Part shown: piece by piece, positions 13,727 through 27,829 of the stretch | How the letters are laid out: every line of letters starts with the position of its first letter | How positions within the stretch are numbered: position 1 is the first letter of the stretch | Assembly (NCBI GenBank): GCA_964016885.1 | Contig: OZ024741.1 | Location: forward strand, 232,500,001-232,564,000 | DNA: 64,000 nucleotides | Direction of reading: 5' to 3' | Origin: Eledone cirrhosa | Taxonomy: Eukaryota | Translations under genes and position numbers: made by a program | Notes under the pieces: generated by a model | The model's input: only the letters and a program-made list of their open reading frames with translations | Told to the model about the DNA's origin: nothing | Database searches by the model: none

Positions 13727-14029
13727 CGTGTTTATCGCCGTACTTAAGTTAGAGACATATATATATATACCAAGTCTACTCTCTCATCTATGTATATATA
13801 TGCAGCAAAAAGGAAAGGTTGTATGTGACACCTCCATCTACTAGAAATATTAGCAAAATCCATTTCAAATCACAGCGAACAGTCTTACACGCACAAACAC
13901 ATACACATTTATGGAAGCCACTATAACTGTTGGTGTACCTAAAAGAAATAGAAAACAAACCTCCCTCAAACAAGATCCTACTGCCATAGAGGTAAAAGTT
14001 GGTGAAAGCTACAGTGTAAAATGTTTAAT

Positions 14030-14415
14030 TAACCCAGGCTCTGTCGCACTTGGGGCCAAGGAGCGTAAACTCTCCAAATATCAGTCGCTCTCCAACAGGT
14101 TTGTTGTTGAGCCCATAGCAATGGAGACTTCTGGTGTCTTTGTCTCTAGGGCTTCCTCCCAACTCACCACCATCGACACAGAGTTGGCTACCCGCAGGGG
14201 TGAGCCTCGCAAGCTGGAATGGATTTTCCACCGTGTCTCCCTCACCAACCTCCATTCCGACCGCCGGAGCTGCTGGGCGGCCAGCGCGTCCGCTCCTATT
14301 TACTCATAATAGTGAGTGATGGAGACATCGGGAGAGATTGGAGGCAGTGACAGTGGGAGTTTGCTTCCTGGTGTATATGTATATATTTACCACACTTACA
14401 CACATTTAAATAAAC
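14030..14415 (+). mobile_element. CRE-clade non-LTR retrotransposon 3' end (RLE domain)
   Basis: KERKLSKYQSL..FVVEPIAMETSGVF..GEPRKLEWIFHRVS matches the CRE C-terminal pattern K..KY..L..F.P.A.ET.G..G..GD.RE..FL.QR.S. Confidence 0.7.
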
Positions 14416-15526
14416 TTTCCTGAATTAAGAAATGAGTAAGTAAATTCTTCATTCATTCATCACCCAATGGTAAATTTATTTTTTAATTTTATTTTATTTG
14501 TGGTTTTTAAAATAGCCTTCACATTTTGTTTGAATTTCAGAGGTCCGGATTGTTAAAAAGAAAGGATAAATAAAATCTAAATTTATTTATTTATTCATTT
14601 TTTTTTTTCTTGGTCATGCTCTTTTCACTGACAATATACCAAATGATTCTTCCAAGTGCGAAGCATTATATATGTTGACTGTAATAGGGAGCAGTATTTA
14701 AAAAATCACCACTAGACAAAACTAATAATATTTTTATCTACAAACGTCAATAAATATTCTGCTATAATTCCTACTTTAGTTAAAATTCAGCAATCATATT
14801 TCAATGGTAATTGTAACTTTAATAAAATACCCGGGAATCACTTGGTAGCTCAGCTAGTACTTTGTAACCGCAAAAACAGCAAATATAAGTAGGTAGGATA
14901 CTTCCATGGACCATCTCGAATAGATAAGAATCGATAAAAATCGATAAAAATCTTCGATAGGTTTCTGAGACACTGGGAAATGCACCACAGTTTACACAAT
15001 CCATATGCAAGTCGAAGTGTGCTTAGCTATTATTTAGCGGGAAACGGGATAACCTTTCCTTTGCAAGTGTTTGTTCAATAGTATCCGTCGTAGTTCTGCC
15101 TGGACTACTGTAGTAGTAAATTCCCATGTTACATCACCTGAATTCTCTCAAAAGAGGAAGGTTATTTGGTAGAACATTAGGCGGGTGTGAACAAGGCGAT
15201 TTTTAGAAACTCAAAATAGGATCTCAACCAGCGTTTATAAAACCAACTAACCGATATGTTATTGATTAATTACAAAAAAGCTAAGAGAATAATAATAGAT
15301 ATAAATCGAAGTTGAAGCCACAGTAGAACAGACATCAATCGAATTATTTGAGACAGTCACAAAGCACTCAGTGGTGCGAAACATTAATAAACTTTCGTCA
15401 ACAAGTTAAGAAATTGTGACAACAGAAATAGAAGGAACAAGTTTATAACCTCAACAACGATACACACACATGAACATACACAGACACACACACACACACA
15501 CACATACATAACATATCTAAAAAAAA

Positions 15527-15910
<384 letters not shown>

Positions 15911-16079
15911 AATTGGGTCACACAGGCTGGGCACAGGGCAATAGCTCGTCTAGAAAAATGATGTGTATATCAGTTGGTAGCTAAAATTGACCGTGAACGA
16001 GGAAGAGGTGGAAAAAGCTGGTTCATGGCGGTAGAAGAACACACTCGGGCGTCACTTATTCACAAATACAGAAGGAACG

Positions 16080-17610
16080 AAAACCACAAAATTACCCTAC
16101 CCGATCGTTTCGTTCCTTTCCTGGTGGGCATTTATCGCAATGATGGACAAGTCAGCGTGCACAACTGTAGACAAGTAAATATCTCATAGACTTCATCAAG
16201 GAATTTAGATTTAGGTTTACTACCCAACACCACCGGAGTTCAATCGACTTTTTTACGTAACCTTAAGTTTCTCGTATTACCAACACGAAAAGCCAAATTA
16301 GAACCTATTATACATTAATAAAAACTCTAACCACCCAGTCTTTGTCATTAAAAACATGCCGAAAATGTGGCCATCCACAATAATAGGTTGTTTAAATGAG
16401 CAAACTTTCTTGGAGCACATCCCATAATACATTGATGCCCTCCACCGAAGGGAATTTCAACAAATTATTTAATTATTCAGACTCCAGGAGGCACCCAAAC
16501 GCCGACAGAACCCGATGTGTAGAATCACATAATATAAGATCCCATACAACGTAGCCGCAACCAACATGAGTGTCCCTTAAGCTTTCAATGCCTCCTTATG
16601 AATGTATTATTCGTGTGCAATATCACAGCAAAGGGATAAAAAGCACACAACAAGCCTCTCCAGATTTGTATGGAGCCTATGCAAAAAAAATGATTGCCTT
16701 ACAAACTTAGCTAGAGTATTATCACCAAGGTCAAACCTATAAGGGAGTGGCAAGCTCCTTTAACTTAAGCTCGGTCAAACCGCTTTGCATTCTGTATGAA
16801 AATTGTCCTTTCACCAAGAAAATATCGCAAACAGCGACGAAATGGAAACACCAGACACGGAACTCCTAACTCTGTTATAAAACAATATACGACCCGAGAG
16901 GAAAGCGGACCATGTGGCACAAACACACCTACAACCGGCCTGGCAACAGCTGAGATTACTTGACAACAATTAACTGACCTTGGCAATCCCACTTACCAGA
17001 GTACTCCCAGACTCACCACCCTTAACATTGTCAGAGTCCCCTCCATATCCTAAACCCTCTGACCCTTATTCCCACCTTTATTCACACGCGAGTACTTGTG
17101 GATCCCACCCATCTCTCATCGATTTTGTGCAGTAACTTTGTCCATCCTATTTCCACTATCATTAGCATGATCTCGTTTTAGATTAGATTGATAATTTGTC
17201 GCTGTCTATATTTTTTAATTTATTGTTATATTTATTATTGGTATTACGGCTAATGTTAACAAAGATCCCCCTCAATTAAAGATCAGGCAATCACCGAGTA
17301 CTAAAATAGCTGCACCGTTGATATTAGTTACGAGCATTGCACGCCTGATTTTCTGCCCAGCTCGAAATCTACTCGAAATTGCTTTCGGTTATTCGATTTT
17401 ATTTTTTCCATTTTATTTCCATTATTCTTCTTCCCTTCCTTGCTATTTCGTTTATTTTTCTGTCTTTTCAATCTCTCCCGCCTTTGCTTTCCTCCTATCG
17501 TATTTCTTGAAAAGTCTCATAACTCCTGATTACGATAATAGAGGCTTTTAGCTGATACTGATTAGGCTCGCGGTCGATTTTCTACCTCATCTATATACTC
17601 ACTTTGCATC
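16080..17610 (+). mobile_element. Highly degraded Penelope-like element
   Basis: GIYRNDG (eroded YRDDG) and YINKNSNHP motifs as in the 11.7-kb element. T-rich tail ending at a microsatellite. Confidence 0.55.
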
Positions 17611-17672
17611 CTATTTAGCATAATGTACAACTCTGATTTGTGGTCAACCCGGTCTTTGTACCGCAATAACTT

Positions 17673-17719
<47 letters not shown>

Positions 17720-17733
17720 CTCTCCCTCTCTCC

Positions 17734-17775
<42 letters not shown>

Positions 17776-17780
17776 CTCTC

Positions 17781-17833
<53 letters not shown>

Positions 17834-19872
17834 ATATGTATGTCTATATATACATATATATATATATTTAATATATAAAGTGAAGTTGGGCGTTGTTTGT
17901 TTGTTTGGTGTCCCGAACTTGCAGGCTACACTGTTCATCCGATTTTCATAAAACTTGACAAATATATCAAACTCGACCCGTAGATTGGAATAGGCTACTT
18001 GAAATCTTTGAAATATCGATAATCGGGCCCCTGGAAGCCAAAAATTGATATTTACAACAATCGTCCGATTTCGATGAAACTCGATGCAAGTGTGTATTTT
18101 GATCCGAGGATCAAGGTGGGCTACATTAAACTTTCGGGAAATCGATAATTGGATCACCAGACGCAAAAATCGATATTTACGAAATTTGTCCGGTTCCAAT
18201 GAAATTTGACGTAGGTATGTATTTTGATGCGGAGATCAACGTGGGAATTGTCAAACAAATTGATAATCGGACCCTCAGAGGCAGCAAAAATCGATATTTT
18301 CAGAATTCGTCCGATTTCAATGAAATTTGATATTACCACAATAATACATCTATTAGGAGTTATTCAAGGCTGCAAAAATTCAGAAAGATTTTTTAAATTC
18401 ATAAATCATGAGTTAAATGAGACCTTTAAGAGTTAGGGCAGACAATTATTCATAGTTTAATTATCAATGGCGCAATATTGTGGAAATATGAAAATCTACG
18501 CCTTTCTTTATGGGAATGCTTTACAAACAGATATTCAGGGTTCTTTGAGTAGAATTCTTAATTCTTAAATAATTGTACAGTCAACAAAATATATGACAGA
18601 ATGTTTTTCATATTTTTTTCAAAAATCTTTCGATTTCAATGAAATTTAATGTGTATGTATTCGAACACAAGCACTTTTAGTTTACACCTGGCGCAATCAA
18701 AATCAATTTCATATGCCCATATAAGTACGCACACACTGTGACTCACGTGCGTTATTGATTGGACGGCCTGTCTATACCACGAGCAGTATGTTTTCTCAAC
18801 GATAGATACACAAACAGGTATGCACGCACGTGCGAAACGCCTTTTTTTCTTTGTGAGTATCCGTTTTTGTGAACAACTATAAATCCGGCCGTCTCACTAA
18901 ACGGACCTTTACAGAATTTTCCCACTTACTTATCCGTGAGTTAGTGCTTATTTATTTAGACTACTTGCATGCCATTTCAGTTAAAGTTAATTCATTTTTC
19001 GCCTTCCTTAAATTTAAAAATCCCCATTGGGTCTAGGGGATTGCCCACATCTTAGCGTTAAACTTTACATATTCGCCCTTATTCAAGTACAAATACAGTA
19101 TTATCCCTATCTGAAAGGAAACCAAATTTAATGGTGTCTTTTGTGATGCCAAAAGCTAAAAGCGGTGAGTAAATTTTCAAACAGTCTTAAATAATCATGC
19201 TTTTTGAAAAAAAATTACTAAATAATACTTTGACCAAGTTGTATTGGACACATACAAAGTTATAAAAAATGTTACGTCCGTACCAACTTTTTCCTTTTTT
19301 AAACAAAAGGTTCTAAAAAAATTACTTAATTCATAACACTACTGTCACAGCCTTTTGCACAGGAAGTGAGAAGGTTTTCGGGTTTTTAAACGTAAGTTCA
19401 CCAGGGTTTTCGTCTTTTCCATTATTCGCCCACCTTTAATGGCATTTTTTGTTGTTTACGACTAAATGTTATGAGCGTATTTGCAAGTTGCTATTGTTCT
19501 TTAATTTTTTAATTAGTTGTCATAGCCCATCTGCATGCAGTGCAATTGATTGCGCACACGTACATACCTGCATGCATATAAACACTGACAGCTAATAAAA
19601 AATCGATAATTTGCTTATTAAGACATCGGTCAAAATGAGAGATTGAATGTACTTTAGAAAATGTGTTTAATATATTGTTCTTTTTGGCATGATATGTCAG
19701 AAATATAGCTACTATTCACTTTGGTTATTTTTTGTAACTAAGAAACGGTTCCTTTGGGGTGGATACTTAACAAGAAAGGTCCCAGGGTTTTGGACAAGTT
19801 TGTTTCAGGCACTGTATAGACGCCAATTTTGTCACACCTTTGTCATGAATTCATATTCTTTTCCAATAGATA

Positions 19873-20127
19873 CCGTATTTTCCGCTCTATAAAGCTCACT
19901 GGGATATAAGGCGTATCATTCAAAATCAGGTCCGCGCAACGGCGTGTAAGGCTAACCAGGAAAATGCTATCTTCTTTACTTTTAGTCTAGATCTATTACT
20001 TCTGTTAGAGCCATGATTGGTTACCATTGTATTATTTATACATAAATCTCACCGGAGTATAAAGCGCAGAGCTGTTTTTTGATGAAATTTAGGTATTTTA
20101 AGTGCAGTTTTAGGCCGGAAAATTCGG
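19873..20127. mobile_element. pogo/Tigger-like MITE nested in the Helitron
   Basis: Termini ta|ccgtattttccg ... cggaaaattcgg|ta, TA duplication. Confidence 0.6.
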
Positions 20128-20621
20128 TAAGTTATTATAATCATATTTCCAAACCTTCCCATTCACCAGTAACCCAGCTAGCGAATCTGGTGTCACCTCT
20201 CTCTGTACTTAATCACCCCTCTCTAACCTAACAGCTTCGTTATACGTGGTTATGCCCACACGGAAACGTTCAAGACTTACCTCCAAAAAAGATACAGCTA
20301 CTGCTTTGAGACGACGAATTAGGCGTTCTCAGGTATGCGTTCATTCACAATTGGTTAATCCTTTATGCAATATTCTCCCTTAATGTTAGCAAGCACTGCG
20401 TTTATCCTAACTGTCACCACTTTTAAGCAACTACATTCTAATCGTAGTTATATTAAATTTATTGTTTTACCTTTATTCCCTTTTGTTCATATTACACTTT
20501 TCTCATTTACTATTGGCACAGTGCCTTTGGCTTAGCTAACCAGTAGCATCAATTAACTTTCTCTAGGAAGCACCTGCTGAGCACGAATCTCTACTCGATG
20601 ATAGACATCTTTCCCGGCTGG

Positions 20622-21112
20622 TTGAGTCACCAACACCCCGTACAACAAGGCTTGCTGATGTTCGCCTTCGTCGCCAACAAGCGCTGGGGGAGGAGTCACC
20701 AACATCCCGTACGACGTGGCTTGCTGGTGTTCGCCTTTATCGCCAACAAGCGCTGGCGGAGGAGTCACCAACATCCCGTAGGACGCGTCTTGCTGGCGTT
20801 CGTCTTCGTCATCAACAAGCGCTTGCAGAGGAGTCACCAACATCCCGTCAGACGAAGCTTGCTAGCGTTCGCCTTCGTCACCAACAAGGGCTTGCAGAGG
20901 AGTCACCAACATCCCGTACGACGCGATGCTGCCGTTCGCCTTCGTCACCAACAAGCGCTTGCAGAGGAGTCACCAACATCCCGTCAGACGAAGCTTGCTA
21001 GTGTTCGCCTTCGTCACCAACAAGGGCTTGCAGAGGAGTCACCAACATCCCGTCAGACGAGACTTGCTGCGGTTCGCCTTCGTCGTCAACAAGCGCTTGC
21101 AGAGGAGTCCAC
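20622..21112 (+). repeat. 69-bp coding minisatellite (about 7 copies) in Helitron Rep
   Basis: The unit gaggagtcaccaacatcccgt..gcttgct..gttcgccttcgtc..caacaagcgc encodes EESPTSRxTRLAxVRLRHQQALA. Confidence 0.9.
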
Positions 21113-21602
21113 GACAGACAGAGACAACAGGTTTGCTGCTAAGCGTTCTCTGCATACATTAGCTTCTGCTGCCAAGAGCTCAGGCTGGGAAACAGCCTTC
21201 AGATATAACCCTCTGAGGATTACGGACTTCTGCCTACAGTTTCCATTGGGAAAATGGATAATGTCTGTACATCCTGCAAGGCAATGAAGTGGCCAGGCGA
21301 GGCGCCTTCTATGTGGTGAGCAGGAGGTAAGGTGCAACTAGAGACATTGGCTGACCCGCCAGACGTTCTTCTGAATCTACTTACAGGTGACGACACTACG
21401 GCTACAACGTTCCGCCGTAACATGTGGAAATACACATCCTGTTTCATGATGACCTCCTTTGGTGTAGACAATAACAACGCCAACAACGGCGTGAACCCCA
21501 ACAACAACGTTGCACCTGTGATGCGCGGGAAGTAACTTTCACACATTTTAACAACAGAGCAAAGGTCGACTTACACCTGGGCAACGCCGGGTACTTCTGC
21601 TA

Positions 21603-21661
<59 letters not shown>

Positions 21662-22729
21662 TGTATATATAGTGTATTTTGCAATACACTGTATGCTTAA
21701 TTAAAAGCCTTTCGAAGACCTTACGCTATTGTTTTAGAGTAGTGACAGTCTCACTTACTTTAAATTTTCAGCAAACAAGGGGAGATAAAGCTGACAAAGC
21801 TCTGTTTCGTACTTTTTAGTACTTATCAAAGCTAAGTACTCCACCTGTTTGCTGAAAATCATGAATGTTTGATTCTTATAGAATTCTAGTAATAATCAGA
21901 TTCTGTGACATGCCCTCCGGCAGTAAAATCACGTCCTTTTGCTCGTGCGTCCAACAGACATATGATTTCCTGAAAGGGTTTCCTAGCCGTCGTGTTCAGT
22001 AGAGTAAAGCGGTATCCATGTGTCAATTAGCGAAATCAGAATGCACGCACCCCCCCCCCCCACGAAATTAGGGTCGTAAATCAACAAAAGGGTACCCCCT
22101 CAAGTGTGTTGTGTTGATTCGTACCAAACGCTAGTCTTTACTCTATGCGTAGCTATAATCCAGCAGATAGTGGAAGCAATAAACGGAACCCTGAAGGCGG
22201 GTGATGTATATATGTGGCTGACGGCCACATTCGAGACAACAACAACAAGGGCAACGAAAACAACAGCAAACACTGACCAACATCGCCTACATTGCCGTTG
22301 TAGTCGCAGTGATAGTAATACCCAGCTAACAAGAACAACGATAACGACGACGACGATAACAACAACAACAGCAATAAACGGAACTCTGAGGAAGGGCGAT
22401 ATACACATTTGATGGAAACCATCCCCAAGACAACAGCAACGACAACGATAACAACAGCAGCAACAACGGCAACACTACCCCCATCGCCCACACTGGTCGT
22501 CGCAGAAGTAGTGATATTAGTACCCAGCTAGTGGCAGCGAGTACATCCCTACCCGAGAGCCAGGCAGCGGCGACACTACCAGCAACAACAACCACACCAG
22601 TAATGAACACGTCACGGCGGCAACGGCAACAGACTACTATTGTGGTTAATTATAATTCTGCACTGAGATTATTGCTAGCCTTGTGCCATAGGGTGGAAGC
22701 GTTGATTGTTATGATTATCATGTTAGTAC

Positions 22730-23110
22730 TGTAGTGACCTACATTCCGCGGGCTCACATACATTCTCTGTGCGTGATTTGGCTCAGTTCAGCCAATCAGC
22801 GCCAGTAGAAGAGGATGTATCCCTACGCGCCCTGAGGAAGAAATTCCCCGCGAAGATTTGAAGAATCTCTCTCTTGTACCGGAAACTTCAAGCCAGCAAC
22901 ACACATAATGTAACAGTGAGATATTGCACCCCTAGCCTCGCCGGCTTAACGGCGCAATGGCACATTCCCTTTTGTAACCTCTTTTTATCTGTAACTTCAA
23001 CCATATAAATAAACAGACATTTCATCTCTAATTGCTGCTGTTGAAATCGTTGTTATGTTACTCGTGTCTCAATGACATCTTTAGTCCATGCGGCTGGAAT
23101 TGGCGACCTG
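22730..23110 (+). mobile_element. Possible LTR of a Gypsy-like element
   Basis: Begins tgtagtgacc, contains aataaa, ends ..tgaca near 23078, with PBS-like tggcgacc at 23101. No internal ORF seen. Confidence 0.3.
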
Positions 23111-23332
23111 ACGAAAGGAATATTGTAAGTAGATGGTAAATAGATCGAGGGACCTTCCCTCACGTCTATGTCAACAAGATAATCCAACGAGGATACTATC
23201 ACTTACCACACTGGCAACTAACGACCTTCAATCATCTACCCTGTTAAAGTGACGACCACTGCTTCTACCACCCTGCTAATGTGGTGACTACTCTATAACC
23301 AATAACTGCTAAAGTACTATTATTAATGTAAG

Positions 23333-23510
23333 TGGATTGTCAGTATCGATAGAGCATCAGACGCCATGCTTCGCAGCATAGAGTTACGACCCTTTACGAT
23401 CTGTGTTCAAATCCCGCCGAGGTTAACTATGCCTTTCATCCTTACGAGGTCGATAAAATAAAGTACCAGTAATGCACTGGGGTATTGGCTGCCAAAAGTA
23501 GAAACAATTG
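23333..23510 (+). mobile_element. tRNA-derived SINE
   Basis: SINE head, core and tail; ttaatgtaag duplicated on both sides. Confidence 0.85.
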
Positions 23511-23589
23511 TTAATGTAAGAATTTATTTACAGTGACCGGCACCAACCAACCTTATTGTTGTCGTCGTCGCCGTGAAGGGCTCTCCCAA

Positions 23590-24545
23590 TCCCTATAACT
23601 ACCACAACACAGTCCCTTTCACCCCCCTCTCTATATCTACCACACACCAATCTATAATTATCCCTTTCTCTAAATGAATCGCCTCTCTGTTTATTGCACA
23701 AAGCTTTCTTTATCGGCACATTCTCATTATCCCTCTCTCGATATCCATTAACACCCTCTCTATGTCTATCACACAAAACTCTCTTATAATCCCTCTCTAT
23801 ATATCTACTACCAATAAACTATCCCCTCTCTATATCTATTTCTAGCTATCTCTCCTAATTACCTTCACTTTATATATCACCAGTAAATTTTCCCCTTCCC
23901 TATATGTATCAAAACACTGTCTCTCTCAATTCCTCTCACGCACTAAACACTCACCCTCTCTATATCTATCTACACTTCTCTCTCCCAAGCCCACTCCCTA
24001 TATCAATCACCACCAAATTCTCCTCTTCTCTATATCCACTACAAGAGACTCTCTTATTATCGCCCTCCCTATAACTACAACCACCATATTCTCACCCTCT
24101 CTGTATCTAATATACAACACTCTCTATATATCAATCAATACTACATTTTCCCCTCTCTATATCTACCACACTCCTAATCTACCTCCCTGTATTAATTACT
24201 ACTACACTCGTCAACTCTTTATATCTACCATAGAAAACACTCACTGAACGCCCTTCTCTGTATCCGTATGCCAACAAACTCACCTCTCTCTATATCTACC
24301 ATACAGCACTGTCTTCAATAACCCTTTCTCTATCAATTATCACTCTACTCTCTAATTCTCTATATCTACTTGAGAATACACTCTTCTCATTCTACTCTCT
24401 ATATCAAGTAACACTACCCCCCCCCCTCTTTAAGTCTACTACGTTACTGTCTCTCTCAAATCCCTATATATACCAAGCACCACTACACTTTCCCCTATCT
24501 ATATCTACCAAACAACAATCTCTCTCAATCCCTCTCTCTATCTAT
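23590..24545. repeat. Diverged C/T-rich minisatellite
   Basis: ccctctctatatctaccac-like motif recurring roughly every 40 bp. Confidence 0.7.
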
Positions 24546-24548
24546 CAA

Positions 24549-24868
24549 TCTCAGCTATTTAAGAATCGCCCCATCCCCGCTTATTAATTCTTCAGATCCC
24601 ACCCCACCCGCTTATTTAATTTTGTAAATCTATCTCCGGCGAAATGTTATTGTAAGTGATTCATATCGATACAGCAGCTGGAGAATCAAATAATTATTTT
24701 ATTTTACATTTAAAAAATATATATTTGACAAGAAAAAGACATTACAAGAAATCCCATATTTACGAATATACACTATACAATTACTGCTCCCTCACTTCCA
24801 CTTATTAAAATGTATGCAAATGTCCAAAGACCCGCTTATTCCAACTCCTCTACTGGTGGGGAGCTGAG
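24549..24868. mobile_element. Possible MITE
   Basis: Short inverted termini tctcagct / agctgaga with internal ccgcttatt subterminal repeats. Confidence 0.4.
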
Positions 24869-24874
24869 ACTATA

Positions 24875-24945
<71 letters not shown>

Positions 24946-25229
24946 CAGTAAGGGTGGAAGTTTTTCTGAATTATGGGGGCAGGGAGGGGGTAATTTGATA
25001 AATTAACTTGTAAGGATAAAATGGTCGGAAAATTCTATTTGAGTCCAAGCATATACATTTTACATTTACAGCTTTGAATAATTATAAAGTAATTATAACA
25101 AAATGACCTATGAAATCTGTCTCTGGATACATATACTAGCAATTGGCAAGTAGTAATAAGTGGAGAAAAATGTATGACATGACAAAAAAATTTACTCTGA
25201 AGGTTAACGTAATATATTATCAAATATCA

Positions 25230-25530
25230 ACGAAGATATAAAAAAGAACCCATCGATATGCGTTAAACATAACACGTACATAAATTGCAACGCATATACA
25301 ACGCTGTCATAGTTCGCTTGGGTGGTCAAGGAGACAGTGTTAACTCCGCCAGTCATACGGCGATTCATTCTAGGACTAGCTGTCTCGTGTCCAAAACACC
25401 TTATCCTATTGTCTTTTATGTTAGCTATGATTCGGGATAAGTTGCGCTTGGTGGAGTACGAGGGCTTCATCGTGTGCCTATTGAAAATCTTATGGTACAT
25501 GAGTCCTCGGAAAGGATCTATCTAGCGACA
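25230..25530 (-). mobile_element. Penelope-like linker fragment
   Basis: YHKIFNRHTMKPSYS..NLSRII resembles the RT-to-GIY-YIG linker of YRDDGL-type Penelope-like elements. Confidence 0.5.
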
Positions 25531-27029
25531 TAAAGAAAAAAAACTGATAAGGCTACACTGCAGTGCCACAGAATATAGCAGATTATTCATATATGTCAAT
25601 TTCTGTCGTTGGGGATTCGTGTGGTCTCTCCAACTTGAGGATAGCCGTTATCACATCGTGTGATAACGTACTCTTGCACAACCCAGTCCCCAACTTTTCG
25701 GTAGCACTGGCTAGCTCCTTTATGTGTACGCTGAAGTTTTTCATAGCTTTTGTGTTCTGTGACTGGGATCGCATGGTTTTGGATGGTTTGAGGCGTCATT
25801 TCTATCGTCCTGTGTTGTGCATTTATTTAGCGAATGCCGGAGAACGTGTTTAGTCTGTCTAGAAACTTTGGTGCTAAACTCTATCTCTAACTTCTGAATT
25901 CCTGAAATGTTCAATAAGTACTTGCATTTATTTAAAAACAACAGAAAGCTGGTCTCAAAATATTCATTTAATGTAGCAAAAAACTCAATATGTAATTCTA
26001 TGTCCTAGTTACATCATCAGATCATGAGGAAAGACTTGTCGGCTTAATCATTTATAGAATAGAGTCAAGAACGATTACTATCAAGCGGCATACCAGAAAA
26101 GTGATTGCGGATGAAACTGTAATAAGTTGAAACAATCGTTTGCCATACAAATTTCCATAAATTAAACGTTGTTTTCTTTTTTACTTTTTACGAACTTCCA
26201 ATGATATTCTATTGTAATAAGAGCAAATTTGACCCAAACTCAGTTTGGAAGCCCAGCATTCCGTTAATTGAAGTAGGCGGCATTTATACATAGTCTAGCA
26301 AACTTGGTTCTGAGTCTTTTGTTGAATACAGACACTCTGCTGTAATTCAATGAATATATTTACTAGTGTAGATATTTCTCTTGAATGAATTCATGAATTT
26401 CTGTTGAAGAACAATCCTTATAGATGGTATGTATATTTTTTAAATGCAAAATGAATGTTCGGGTGTCAAAATTCATTAAAACCTTCATCGCTAGGTCAGA
26501 GATATTGGCAGATAGTTACAGTATTGAAAATGAGGACAAAACATTTACCATTACAACTATATGTAAAAGAAAGCGAAGTGATTGATGAAAAAGAAACAGA
26601 AAATAACAACAAAAAAACAGGTGAATTCTACACTGTAACGACGCTGGAGTGAGAGAGAGAGAATTGAGAAAGACAAAAGTGGGAGCTACATATATATAGC
26701 AACAATATTTTAGAGTGAAATTGGGAGAAGAGAGAGGGAACGGAAGGAGAGTGGGAGTAAGAGGAGGAGACGAAGAGGGTGACATATTCGGACATTAGTT
26801 GCAAAATGACTCCAGACAGAGAAATATGCTCATCAACTTCCAAAGATTTTAAAAGAATGCTTATTTAGAAAAACTCCAACACGAATGTACAAATTAGATG
26901 TGAAGTATTAGAAATTTAGCTCCAGTTTTTATAATGACATTCGTTCATTAATTCGTTCTTTATTGCTGCATATTATTGGTGGTGATTAGCTTGTGTTTTG
27001 TTTTCCTTGCAACGACTAAATCACATGTT

Positions 27030-27121
<92 letters not shown>

Positions 27122-27413
27122 CCATTAATTGCATACCTATACACGTCTACACATAAATAACATCGGATGTTTATTTTACGTTTACATGCCCTACAACTTC
27201 TCACTATTTCTTACATTTGGCCCGTATCATGCGTTTATGCTGTTATACATGATTCACTTAGATTTCACATAGGATTCCACATGAAAATGTGAAGGTATAT
27301 TTGGTCAGTGCCCATTGTAAGTGTTTTACTGGACAGGTCAACTGTCATACTGTGTCACTGATGTATAAAAGGCAATTGAAAACTCTAGTTTAAAACATAC
27401 TTCTCTTTTGCAG

Positions 27414-27545
27414 AATGCAGTAACGGTACGTTTGGATACAGATGTAACATGACTTGTCATTGCATTGATGATAAGTGTGACTATATATCTGGTCACTGTG
27501 CTAATGGTTGTGAGGTTGGATATCCTGGTGTTGACTGCCACAAGT
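27414..27545 (+). CDS. EGF-like exon (type B), MEGF10/CED-1/SREC-like multi-EGF protein
   Basis: ttctcttttgcag acceptor and gtaagt donor. 132 nt, phase 1-1, (E)CSNGTFGYRCNMTCHCIDDKCDYISGHCANGCEVGYPGVDCHK, all 8 Cys present. Confidence 0.85.
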
Positions 27546-27829
27546 GTAAGTATGACGTAATGTAGATTATATTAAAGTAATTTCTAGGTAACAGCATAAT
27601 AGCAGTGTAGTTAGCTAAAATCAATAATGCTGCGCGCCCCGTATATTTGCTTGTAGATCATGTGCAGAAATTCCCAAGAGGGCTTTATATACCTTTGTTA
27701 GTCAGGACAGTTCACAATGTAAGTGCCGTTCCTTTACTTTACAAAGGTGTCTGTACTATTGGGGTCATATATGCTTTTTTCAAGCCGTTTGTCATGCTTT
27801 TGTTGCATGTATATTTGTGTTTTTCCTCT

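Larger units (their letters stand above)
17870..21604 (+). mobile_element. Helitron, internally deleted, retaining the spliced Rep N-terminus
   Basis: 5' subterminal ccgattt repeats; 3' hairpin cctgggcaacgccggg + CTAG|T. Peptide CTSCKAMKWPGE..GKVQL..LADPP..FRRNMWKYTSCFMMTSFG is typical of the Helitron Rep N-terminal region. The 5' boundary is approximate. Confidence 0.75.

Noticed and set aside
17505-17560. TTGAAAA-GTCTC..GAGGC as another U3-A8 hammerhead
   Set aside because: No GAAA or stem III follows the putative stem II.
20622-21112. Regularly spaced repeats as a CRISPR array
   Set aside because: The whole 69-bp unit repeats with no unique spacers, it encodes a Helitron peptide repeat, and the context is eukaryotic.
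25563-25853. Possible RLE-type (HERO-like) LINE 3' remnant on the minus strand
   Set aside because: Only a weak IKELA..TEK resemblance; too little to call.
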